Shown here: positions 1 through 8,104 of the stretch, piece after piece
Layout: the number at the start of each line of letters is the position of its first letter
How positions within the stretch are numbered: position 1 is the stretch's first letter
Origin: an uncultured Candidatus Saccharibacteria bacterium
GTDB taxonomy: Bacteria; Patescibacteriota; Saccharimonadia; Saccharimonadales; Saccharimonadaceae
Length of the DNA: 64,000 nucleotides
Direction of reading: 5' to 3'
NCBI GenBank assembly: GCA_947166125.1
Contig: CAMVCW010000004.1
Span: 2,949-66,948, forward strand
The notes under the pieces: model-generated
The model's database searches: none
What the model was told of the DNA's origin: nothing
Seen by the model: only the letters and a program-made list of their open reading frames with translations
Position numbers and translations under genes: made by a program

Positions 1-9
1 GTAATAGGG

Positions 10-1584
10 GTGCTAAAACGAATGTTTGGCGACTCTTGGGGGCCGCGTTTGGAGCACATATTGCGTTATACCCTGCTAGCCTTGTTGGATAGGCCGGAGG
101 CTACTTTGCTAGATATTTCTAGATTATTAACAGATAAAGAGTTCCGGAAAGAAACTTTGGATTATTGTAAAGATGTAACGGTGTTGCAATTCTGGAAACA
201 TGAGTTTGGCCAGTGGAACGAAAAGCAAGTAAATGAATCCATCGCACCGGTACTTAATAAGGTAGGTGCGTTTACCGCCAACCCGATTATCCGCAACATC
301 ATCGGGCAGCCAAAATCTTCTTTTGATGTGCGTAAGATTATGGACGAGGGGAAGATTTTAGTAGTTAACCTTTCTAAGGGGTTAATCGGGGAAGATAATG
401 CCGGGATCTTGGGATCTTTTCTGGTCACCAAGGTGCAACTTGCGGCTATGTCGCGCTCCGATATCCCTGACGTAGCGGACCGGCGGCCATTCTACCTATA
501 TGTGGATGAGTTCCAGAACTTTGCTACAGATTCGTTTGCGGTAATTCTCTCTGAGGCACGCAAATACGGCTTGAATTTAACCGTGGCAAACCAATATGTC
601 TCCCAGATGACCGATAGCGTACGCGATGCAGTATTTGGCAACGTGGGCACCACGATTAGCTTTAGGGTATCGGCGGACGATGCGCCAGTACTAGTAAAAC
701 AATTTGAGCCGACTTTCGAAGAAGGCGACATTATCCAATTAAACAACCGCCATTTTGTGATTTCTATGATTATTAACGGTGAAAAGGTACCAGCATTCTC
801 CGCTACCACCCTCTCTATTCCAGATACGCCTAAAGACAATTTCGATGCCATCGTAGCACATTCTCGCGAAAATTATGCTAGACCGCGCCTAGAGGTGGAG
901 GCCGAAATTCGTGAGACAATTGAGCAATCCGAGAAGTACAAGAAAAATTTGTCTGATTCTGGCCGGCAAGATGAACCACGTTTGGTAATAAATAGTGCCG
1001 AACAACCAGTATTTAAGCCTGTAACGCGTAACAATAAGGAGTTTTCTACTTCTATTAGAACTTCTGGCCCTAGTTTTTCTTCCGAACAAAAACCGAACTT
1101 AAGATACCGGCCTACTCCGCAAGCGGATTTTCGTAAACAGAATCTTAGCCCAAATGCCGCCGAAGGCAAAGAAAGATTAGGCTTGAAAGATTTGGCAAAA
1201 TTAGTAGCAGAAAACCAGGGAAACAGTGCAGAGAAAAAGGCGGATACTGCGCCAGCTCCTACTAAAAAGGGAAAGACTAACAATAAAAATAAGCGGCGTA
1301 ACGACAGAAAGGGAAAGAAACAGCCTGGAAAGTCGCACAATAATGCAAATACGAATATTACAGAGAGAGATAGAGCAATTCCCCCTGTTAAGCCTAACAT
1401 AAATACTAGCAATAATCAGATTCATTCTACCCCTGTTAAGCCAGAGGTGGAATACCAAGAAAAATCAGTGGTAGATATAAAGCCGTCTCATAATTCTCTA
1501 CCCCTGTCTACTCCTGTTAAGCACACAGAAGATTTTGCCAACAAGGATAACTCTGTAGATGGATTTTTATCTATAAAACATTAA
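10..1584 (+). CDS. VirB4/TraG-like (type IV secretion coupling/HerA-FtsK clade) ATPase, C-terminal part, 5'-truncated by the window; long low-complexity basic tail
   Basis: Walker B region LYVDEFQNFATDSF..ILSEARKYGLNLTVANQ; clearly paralogous to 60101-62914; frame is open at the window edge. Confidence 0.8.
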   Translation: MLKRMFGDSWGPRLEHILRYTLLALLDRPEATLLDISRLLTDKEFRKETLDYCKDVTVLQFWKHEFGQWNEKQVNESIAPVLNKVGAFTANPIIRNIIGQPKSSFDVRKIMDEGKILVVNLSKGLIGEDNAGILGSFLVTKVQLAAMSRSDIPDVADRRPFYLYVDEFQNFATDSFAVILSEARKYGLNLTVANQYVSQMTDSVRDAVFGNVGTTISFRVSADDAPVLVKQFEPTFEEGDIIQLNNRHFVISMIINGEKVPAFSATTLSIPDTPKDNFDAIVAHSRENYARPRLEVEAEIRETIEQSEKYKKNLSDSGRQDEPRLVINSAEQPVFKPVTRNNKEFSTSIRTSGPSFSSEQKPNLRYRPTPQADFRKQNLSPNAAEGKERLGLKDLAKLVAENQGNSAEKKADTAPAPTKKGKTNNKNKRRNDRKGKKQPGKSHNNANTNITERDRAIPPVKPNINTSNNQIHSTPVKPEVEYQEKSVVDIKPSHNSLPLSTPVKHTEDFANKDNSVDGFLSIKH

Positions 1585-1614
1585 ATATAGGGTGAGATCA
1601 AGATATCTTTAAAA

Positions 1615-1650
1615 GATCCGGGTTTAGCCAGAAATAAGCCCGGATTTTTG
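1615..1650 (+). terminator. Intrinsic terminator of the ATPase gene
   Basis: Stem atccgggttta/taagcccggat (one G-U) followed by a T run. Confidence 0.65.
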
Positions 1651-1737
1651 CAGAAAGAAAAGAAAACAAACAAAAATCTGCAACCAACCCGAAAAATAGA
1701 CATTTTTTGGATGGACGAGCAATCGTCTTTTTTATAT

Positions 1738-1765
1738 AGTTTTAATGTCGTACAATATGGAAACC
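1738..1765. repeat. Left prophage junction, dif-like 11-6-11 site
   Basis: AGTTTTAATGT-CGTACA-ATATGGAAACC; partially palindromic arms; right arm resembles the Bacillus dif arm TTATGTAAACT. Confidence 0.65.
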
Positions 1766-1825
1766 CCGACAATAGATATAGGGCGTGTCATAACCCGTTT
1801 TAATAATTAATTTCCATAGGAGGAT

Positions 1826-2059
1826 ATGATGGAAAATACCCTAGCAAAATATTTAGGTAAGGAACTAAAAGCTTCCATAGGTAGTATACAGGTAGTGCAG
1901 GGAACTGCAAAAGATTCTGGAAATATTTATTACTGTTTAGATATTACACTTACTAATGGTTATAAGTATCGCAAGTTTTTGCGTGGATCAGAAGAATTTG
2001 CTTGGTCTAATGCTTTTGACCAATTAGATATTGAAAAACAGGTTGACGCTGCATTTTAA
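1826..2059 (+). CDS. Prophage protein, possibly ssDNA-binding (pV-like)
   Basis: 77 aa, SD AGGAGG, beta-rich; follows rep in the circular map as gV does; function inferred from position only. Confidence 0.5.
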   Translation: MMENTLAKYLGKELKASIGSIQVVQGTAKDSGNIYYCLDITLTNGYKYRKFLRGSEEFAWSNAFDQLDIEKQVDAAF

Positions 2060-2233
2060 CATTTATTGGTGCTTACCATCCTAATCGTTAGATGGCCGAC
2101 AGGTAAGTTAAATGTCGTGAAGAAGAACAGCCAATGGAAACTATATATCAGGGTGGGTTGCCCTGTCCTACGACCTCACATTTATCTTCTTCGTAATCAT
2201 AAAATTGCCTAGGACAGGGATTTAAGGAAAAAT

Positions 2234-2383
2234 ATGAATCGCTACTTTTCATTAAGACAACAAATAGATCGGGAAATTTCTAAGATCCCTAAGAAAAATC
2301 GGCCAAAGTTTCAGGCAGATTATTTAAAATTAATACAATTGGCACAAAAGGAAAATTATGAAAATTTTAACCTCCTCGGATGA
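2234..2383 (+). CDS. Prophage small basic protein, 49 aa (MNRYFSLRQQIDREISKIPKKNRPKFQADYLKLIQLAQKENYENFNLLG)
   Basis: SD AAGGA; below the ORF-track cutoff; overlaps the next ORF. Confidence 0.55.
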   Translation: MNRYFSLRQQIDREISKIPKKNRPKFQADYLKLIQLAQKENYENFNLLG

Positions 2384-2612
2384 TGACTTTCTTTACGAAC
2401 GTCTTTTAGAATTACTTGAGCAGATGAAACTTGTTCAAGGTGGTACTGCTCTTGCTTCTTCACTTCGTCGTCATAATAAAATTAAACTTTATATGATTGA
2501 AAAACAAATTCAGAAAATTAAGCATATTGAAGAAACATATTTTTGTAAAGATGGTTTAGACCAAACTGCTATTGAAGCATATCTTCATAAAATATCTTTA
2601 CAAAATAAATAA
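2358..2612 (+). CDS. Prophage hypothetical protein
   Basis: 84-aa ORF co-oriented with the phage genes. Confidence 0.55.
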   Translation: MKILTSSDDDFLYERLLELLEQMKLVQGGTALASSLRRHNKIKLYMIEKQIQKIKHIEETYFCKDGLDQTAIEAYLHKISLQNK

Positions 2613-2681
2613 TATTTAGTATATTAACATTAGGAGAGTAAATAACTCACAACTTAAGGTGGGAATTCCAAAGAGGAATAT

Positions 2682-2852
2682 ATGGAAGGAAATACTGCGT
2701 TGTTAGATGTTAGCGCCCTTACTTCCGCTCTTACCACTTCGACTTTTGCTGGTGTGATTCAATCACTGCTTCCAATCGTGGCTGTGGCTGTACTTGTAGG
2801 CTTCTTGTTCTACGTTGTACGCTGGGCAATCGGACTATTCCGGGGCATTTAA
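2682..2852 (+). CDS. Major coat protein (pVIII-like), 56 aa
   Basis: MEGNTALLDVSALTSALTTSTFAGVIQSLLPIVAVAVLVGFLFYVVRWAIGLFRGI: amphipathic N-terminus, one TM helix, basic C-terminus; SD GAGG; strong hairpin directly downstream. Confidence 0.8.
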   Translation: MEGNTALLDVSALTSALTTSTFAGVIQSLLPIVAVAVLVGFLFYVVRWAIGLFRGI

Positions 2853-2858
2853 CCAACA

Positions 2859-2887
2859 GCGAGGGCGTGTCTTATTCACGCCCTCGC
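2859..2887 (+). terminator. Hairpin after the coat gene (terminator or processing site)
   Basis: Perfect 11-bp stem gcgagggcgtg/cacgccctcgc; no clear U-tract. Confidence 0.5.
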
Positions 2888-2907
2888 CCATAATATAAGG
2901 AGATTTA

Positions 2908-3012
2908 ATGGTACAATTAGCTCAAGCTTTTGTAGACGTTTTAGCATGGTTTTTAATTCCGTTTGCTACTATTGTAGCTGTTACTTGGGTTGTTTCTCTT
3001 TTTAGGAGATAA
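2908..3012 (+). CDS. Minor coat protein-like (pVII/pIX), 34 aa
   Basis: MVQLAQAFVDVLAWFLIPFATIVAVTWVVSLFRR; SD AAGGAG; single TM helix. Confidence 0.7.
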   Translation: MVQLAQAFVDVLAWFLIPFATIVAVTWVVSLFRR

Positions 3013-3014
3013 TT

Positions 3015-3176
3015 ATGTTTATTTTAATTTTTCTAATTTTAATTATTCATACTGTTTTATTATTTATGATTTATTCAGAAATAGAAAAAACTTTGGATAA
3101 TACTTTTGAAAATGGAAATAATATTATGCAAATTAAAAGATATTTTGTAAGATTTTCTAGAAAGGGAAAGAAATGA
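3015..3176 (+). CDS. Minor coat protein-like, 53 aa
   Basis: N-terminal TM helix (MFILIFLILIIHTVLLFMIY), basic tail; SD AGGAG; ATGA overlap with the next gene. Confidence 0.65.
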   Translation: MFILIFLILIIHTVLLFMIYSEIEKTLDNTFENGNNIMQIKRYFVRFSRKGKK

Positions 3177-3868
3177 AATGTTTCCGGTGCTTCTCTTTTG
3201 TTTTGTTTGCTTTATTGGGTGTCTTTTTTGGCTCATTTATTATAAATCAAAATGATATTTATGCTCTTGATAATATAACTTATACCATTAATTCTTCTAA
3301 TTATACTAATGTTCCGTATTATTTTTGTGATAACTCTGATTCTTCTCTTCCTGATTGTTCTGGTTATAATTATTTAGTTGCTTATAGTAACGATTCGTGT
3401 TCTTTTAGTAATCCTGCTTCCATTTTTTATTTTCAATTTTATAATTCTATGATTACTACCAATCCTACTTTTAATCCTCAATTTTATAGTATGCAATTAT
3501 TTGAATTTCCTGGTTATTATGGTTCTCCTTCTCGTTTAGGCTTTTCTGGTTCTTCTTATGTTTCTTCTTTTTTGACTAATGATTGTGAAATTTCTGTTAT
3601 TGTTTCTGAAAATAATCCGTATGTTTCAGGTATAACTCCATCAGGTTCAATAGAGTTGACAGAAAATGGTACTTATGATGTAAGTCAATATGCCGAAGCT
3701 GTAGTTAATGTACCAGAAACAGATTGTCCGCCTGGTACTGGAGGGAATTATCATGAAGATTTAGTAGCCATTAACAATTCTATTATGATTTGTGCTGCTA
3801 CTTGTCTTGTGATTTATTTCTTCTATTGTATATATCGTATGATAATTAAAAATTCGGGGGTAAAATAA
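3173..3868 (+). CDS. Prophage exported virion/adsorption protein
   Basis: Signal peptide, Ser/Asn-rich body, phage-type motif ELTENGTYDVSQYAEAVVNVP, C-terminal TM helix. Confidence 0.65.
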   Translation: MKCFRCFSFVLFALLGVFFGSFIINQNDIYALDNITYTINSSNYTNVPYYFCDNSDSSLPDCSGYNYLVAYSNDSCSFSNPASIFYFQFYNSMITTNPTFNPQFYSMQLFEFPGYYGSPSRLGFSGSSYVSSFLTNDCEISVIVSENNPYVSGITPSGSIELTENGTYDVSQYAEAVVNVPETDCPPGTGGNYHEDLVAINNSIMICAATCLVIYFFYCIYRMIIKNSGVK

Positions 3869-3869
3869 A

Positions 3870-5321
3870 ATGAAAGGAAAAATATGTGGTCTATTATCAG
3901 CCTTATTCATCACGCTTGGGTTGTCATTAAGTATAAATTTAAACGATTCTAGTGCTTTAAAATATTCTTATAATGCTTTTCCTGTTATTCAAAAATCTTT
4001 AACTGCTGGTTCTTCTTCTATTCCTAATGCTAGTTCTAGCACTTTTTCTGTTACTTTTGATTCTACTTTGACTTCTGATGTTTCTGCCCCTGAAGGTGTT
4101 ATGGAATATAAGCAACTTCAAAATGGTAATTGTGTTAATTTAGGTACTAGTGGTATTTTTGGTCTTGTTTCTATTCAAGATCGTAATCAAATTAATATTA
4201 ATTCTGGTTCTGGTCGTGCAGGTCATTATCGTTATTTTAATGTTCGTCCTCCTTTATCTTCTGATTATTCTAGTGTGTCTTCTTTTCCTACTGATTTTAT
4301 GAACTGTCATAATTCTGGTACTTATGACTATGATTCTATTTATGGTGGTACTATTGATATATCTACTGGTGATTATGATAAATTTATAGATATTTCTCGT
4401 GTTTATGGTGGTTTTCGTTCTGGTGGTCTTAAAATGATTCAAGTTCCTTTAGATATTTCACAATCTAATGTTGGTACTATTTCTTCTGGTACTCCACTTT
4501 CTTGGACTTTTGAAATATTTTCTCTTTCTCCTTTACAAAATATTTCTTCTTCTCCTGATATTAATTTAGATTTAACATATTTTCCTAATAATTTTGATAC
4601 TTGGTCTGGTACTGTTGCTGATTTTGGTTCTTCTCGTATTTCAGCTTCTGCTTCTTGTACTTATGATCCTAATCATGAATTTTTGAAAGTCAATGAAGAT
4701 TTAACTTTTTCTCACATGTATGGTTATAAGGTAGATTGTAGTTATACTGCTTCTACTGATATGTCTAATATTTTTGCTACTTTATTTATTAGTGGTGATT
4801 CTACCGTTAATCCTGTAAATATTTTTACTTTTTCTGATTATCTTTATTTTGGTTCATCTTATCTTGTTACTAATAATGATGATACTTATTCTGGTAAAAA
4901 TGCTAATGAGGAACCTACTGGTGATAATATTGAAAAAGCCCCTGGTTATTCTTCTCTTTATTGTGATAATGCTGCAACTTGTGATCCTCCTGGTGATGGT
5001 ATGTTTGGTCTTACTGAGTTATTTAATTTTACATTTATTAATCCTTTCGAACCTATTTTACATTTATTTACCGATAATGGTTCTTGTGTTCAAATACCTA
5101 CTATTGCTGGTATGATACATAGTGAAGAAACAGGGGTTTGTCCTTGGTTTGATTCTAATGTTCGCAATATTGTTACTCCCGTTCTTGGTCTTTCTTCTAT
5201 GATGTTGGTATTTGGTTTTGCTGTTAGATGGTTAGGTGCAAGGTCTGGTAATATGTTTGAAGATAGTTTTGAAGGAAGTTCTGGTGGTATATCTATTGGT
5301 ACTAAAGGAAGGAGTAAATAG
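3870..5321 (+). CDS. pIII-like adsorption protein
   Basis: 483 aa; signal peptide, S/T/G/D-rich ectodomain with Cys pairs, C-terminal TM anchor; sits before the pVI- and pI-like genes. Confidence 0.7.
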   Translation: MKGKICGLLSALFITLGLSLSINLNDSSALKYSYNAFPVIQKSLTAGSSSIPNASSSTFSVTFDSTLTSDVSAPEGVMEYKQLQNGNCVNLGTSGIFGLVSIQDRNQININSGSGRAGHYRYFNVRPPLSSDYSSVSSFPTDFMNCHNSGTYDYDSIYGGTIDISTGDYDKFIDISRVYGGFRSGGLKMIQVPLDISQSNVGTISSGTPLSWTFEIFSLSPLQNISSSPDINLDLTYFPNNFDTWSGTVADFGSSRISASASCTYDPNHEFLKVNEDLTFSHMYGYKVDCSYTASTDMSNIFATLFISGDSTVNPVNIFTFSDYLYFGSSYLVTNNDDTYSGKNANEEPTGDNIEKAPGYSSLYCDNAATCDPPGDGMFGLTELFNFTFINPFEPILHLFTDNGSCVQIPTIAGMIHSEETGVCPWFDSNVRNIVTPVLGLSSMMLVFGFAVRWLGARSGNMFEDSFEGSSGGISIGTKGRSK

Positions 5322-5593
5322 TGTTAGATACGGTATTTAATTTATTAAAAGTTACTGCTGTTGTTGCTGTTTCTGCTATTTTTATGGTTGCTATAATAAA
5401 CCTTGTTAATCTTATCAATTCTGTTTTATTTGGTAATATCATTGGTGAAATACTTGGTCTTGTATCTATGTATTTACCATTTAATGCTCTTGCTGTATTT
5501 GGTGCCATAGGTACTGCTACTATAGCTATTTTATCTTTCTTAATTGCCAAGAAAATATTTGATTTAACTTCTTGGAGTATTTCTTCTATTTAG
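5321..5593 (+). CDS. pVI-like hydrophobic minor coat protein
   Basis: 90 aa, almost entirely hydrophobic; canonical position between pIII and pI. Confidence 0.65.
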   Translation: MLDTVFNLLKVTAVVAVSAIFMVAIINLVNLINSVLFGNIIGEILGLVSMYLPFNALAVFGAIGTATIAILSFLIAKKIFDLTSWSISSI

Positions 5594-5623
5594 TTATAAT
5601 TTATTTATAATAAAGGAGATAAA

Positions 5624-5827
5624 ATGTTAGAAAATTTAGAACAGATTTATATTATCTTAATTGCTCTTAGTTTGTTTTTATTTATTTTGTTTATTTATTT
5701 AGTTTATTGTATTGCAGAGATTAAAAATCAATTGAAATCATTTGTTGATTTAGAATATAAAAAATATAAGGAGGATAATGTCAAGAACACAATCAGTAGT
5801 CAGCCTGGATCCGATAGACCGGAATAA
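5624..5827 (+). CDS. Single-TM protein preceding pI
   Basis: 67 aa, N-terminal TM helix; SD AAAGGAG. Confidence 0.6.
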   Translation: MLENLEQIYIILIALSLFLFILFIYLVYCIAEIKNQLKSFVDLEYKKYKEDNVKNTISSQPGSDRPE

Positions 5828-6464
5828 TAAACGACGTTCTGGTCCACTAGGTCGGTTTTTTAAAACTAAACATTATCATGGAAAGGGAATTAAAAAAACT
5901 GACCCTTTTGGCCATTATCTTTTTGTCGGTCGTCAACGTTCAGGTAAAACTGTAAGTGCTATTTGGTATTATGAATTTTTAAAAAAACGGTATGAAAAAC
6001 AAGGTAAAAAAGTAGTTTTATATAGTAATATGGGTTTTGGACAACCTGTCTTTAAAATGAATTTGTCCGCAATTATTAGAGAAGTAAAATTTGATAAAAA
6101 TGTTATATATATTTTTATTATAGACGAATTACAGAGTTATTTTCCAAAAGATACTAAAGACCAGACGACATTACGACTCATTGACGAGCTGACGGGTGAA
6201 TTTTCACAATTAGGTAAACGGCAGATCTATGTGCTTTCTACTGCTCAAATTTATGGCCGTGTAAATAAAAATCTCCGAGAACAATGTCTTTATATGGTGA
6301 ATTGCAGAAAATCTAAATTAACAAATCATGTAGTTAATGATTTTATAGATGGTGATGATATTTTGTGTGATGATTTAGGCCGTTGGAGCGGCGAACCGGT
6401 ACGCATTTTGGTTCACGGACTCCCTAGCACTAAATTTGACACGCACCGTATGATTACTGTTTAA
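5778..6464 (+). CDS. Zot/pI-like morphogenesis ATPase (no TM segment)
   Basis: Walker A GRQRSGKT, Walker B IFIIDELQ, downstream STAQ..R..K.LREQ pattern typical of pI; SD AAGGAGG. Confidence 0.85.
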   Translation: MSRTQSVVSLDPIDRNNKRRSGPLGRFFKTKHYHGKGIKKTDPFGHYLFVGRQRSGKTVSAIWYYEFLKKRYEKQGKKVVLYSNMGFGQPVFKMNLSAIIREVKFDKNVIYIFIIDELQSYFPKDTKDQTTLRLIDELTGEFSQLGKRQIYVLSTAQIYGRVNKNLREQCLYMVNCRKSKLTNHVVNDFIDGDDILCDDLGRWSGEPVRILVHGLPSTKFDTHRMITV

Positions 6465-6465
6465 T

Positions 6466-6589
6466 TTCTTTTTTGGCTTAACTGAATAAGAAAATTTCTT
6501 GCGGTTTCTGTCAAGGGCGGGCGAAGCCCGTTCATTTACCCTTGACGGAAATCCGCTGAAATTTTACCCTGTTAAGCGCCAAAAAAGAA
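6466..6589. other. Long nested hairpin (candidate single-strand origin or packaging signal)
   Basis: Nested stems ttcttttttggc..ttaac/gttaa..gccaaaaaagaa, tttctgtcaaggg/cccttgacggaaa, and a gggc-gaa-gccc tip. Confidence 0.55.
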
Positions 6590-6592
6590 AAA

Positions 6593-6656
6593 GTCAAAGT
6601 GGGCATTATATTATCCCTCTACTTGATAATATAATACATAAATTGCCCACTTTGAC
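6593..6656 (+). other. Rolling-circle double-strand origin candidate
   Basis: Stems gtcaaagtgggca/tgcccactttgac and attatattatc/gataatataat; ACTTGATA (6621-6628) at the tip matches the phiX174/pC194 CTTG|ATA nick consensus. Confidence 0.7.
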
Positions 6657-6695
6657 GTAATAGAATAATTATGTTATAATGTTAGGAGTGAGGTT

Positions 6696-7475
6696 ATGCA
6701 GGTACGGTATATTTCTAATATAACTAAGGAATATCCTGATATGATTAAGGTTGTTATTTATAAAGAACCCAAAACTTTTATAAGGTCTGACTTTACAAAA
6801 CGGAATAGGGAAGAAGTAGATGATGTTACTTATACTCCATCTATTTCTTCTCTTAATAGAACTAAAACACTTGTACGTGATTTAGTTCTCTGTAATGAAT
6901 TTGAATTATTTTGTACATTTACTTTTAATCCTGATAAAGTAGATTCGTTTAATTATATTAAGTGTTGGGGTAAAATGTCTCGTTGGCTTCATCATCAATC
7001 TGATCGTAGCAGGGAAGTAGGTAAAGAATTCAAATATTTAATTATTCCCGAAAAACATAAATCTGGCCGTTGGCATTTTCATGCCCTTATTTCTGGCTAT
7101 ATTGGCTCTCTAAGCCCATCTGGCTATAAGACTATTACACTTAGACCTATATATAATATAACTAGCTTTAGAAGCGGTTTCACGACTGCTGTAGGTATAG
7201 ATTCTAAAGAAGGTGTATCTAACTATATAACTAAATACATAACTAAAGATTTTATTAAGTCTTTTAATCAGCGTAGGTTTATGTGTTCACGTAATTTGGT
7301 TCGTCCAGTTAAAACTATTAATTCACCTATCTACAGAAATACATTACCTATTTTTAGAAGAAAAGTAGCAGAAAATAATGAAACTTTTGAATTTCTTATT
7401 GACAAAATTCAAGACATTTATAATAATGTTGATAAGGTTTATTATAGCCCTAACGTCGTACAATATGGATTTTAA
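6696..7475 (+). CDS. HUH rolling-circle replication initiator
   Basis: Motif I FCTFTF, motif II WHFHAL, motif III YITKYITK; own TGTTATAAT promoter and SD. Confidence 0.9.
   Translation: MQVRYISNITKEYPDMIKVVIYKEPKTFIRSDFTKRNREEVDDVTYTPSISSLNRTKTLVRDLVLCNEFELFCTFTFNPDKVDSFNYIKCWGKMSRWLHHQSDRSREVGKEFKYLIIPEKHKSGRWHFHALISGYIGSLSPSGYKTITLRPIYNITSFRSGFTTAVGIDSKEGVSNYITKYITKDFIKSFNQRRFMCSRNLVRPVKTINSPIYRNTLPIFRRKVAENNETFEFLIDKIQDIYNNVDKVYYSPNVVQYGF
7446..7473. repeat. Right prophage junction
   Basis: AGCCCTAACGT-CGTACA-ATATGGATTTT; 18/19 identity with the left junction over 7451-7469 vs 1743-1761. Confidence 0.7.
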
Positions 7476-8104
7476 GACATTACGGTTATGGTTTTTAGAC
7501 GGTTAAGTTATCGTCTTTTGTGGGTAAGTTTTTCCTGGCGGGCGGGAATTACGACTAAAATCGTTTTTCGACTAGCTGCAGTCCTTATTTTAGCTACAGT
7601 CATAATTCTTATTTCAGGAGCCGGACTTGGCAGTTGATAATTTCTGCAAAATCCGGCAGACGCTCGCGTCTTACTCGTCGACTGCAGTATTTTCTATATG
7701 GAGGCTCAATCTGGGGCCCAATATAATGCAATGATTTTTACAAAAATCCTCAGGTTGGACGCTCACGTAACTGGGATTTTGCAGAAATTACAACGGGCCA
7801 AATCAATTTTTATGCTCCTGAAATAGGAATTATGACCATAAAAAGCCTTCCAGTTTGGTGCATTTAGGCTAATTTTATAAGGTTTTGGTGGAATTTTCGG
7901 GTTTTTGGCCGAATTTGGGCTAAATTTGCCAATTTGACAATTCCCTTGGTTTATTTCCCTTTTTTATGATTTTCCCTGTTTTTGGTCGGGGCGTTGGTAT
8001 TATTCGTTATTTTGATTACCATTTTTGCCGAACAAAAACCGAACAGGAATAGGAAATTATAGAATTGCAAATACTAGAACAAAACCCGAACGCTTCCCTA
8101 TCCC

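Larger units (their letters stand above)
1747..7469 (+). mobile_element. Integrated inovirus-like (filamentous ssDNA phage) prophage, 5,708-bp unit
   Basis: Co-oriented, AT- and T-rich gene set: Zot/pI-like ATPase, HUH Rep, several short single-TM coat-like ORFs and a long adhesin-like ORF; bounded by the 15-bp direct repeat GTCGTACAATATGGA at 1747-1761 and 7455-7469. Confidence 0.9.

Noticed and set aside
5751-5827. Programmed frameshift fusing the TM ORF to pI
   Set aside because: It would need a +1 shift, and pI has its own strong SD (AAGGAGG); no convincing slippery site.
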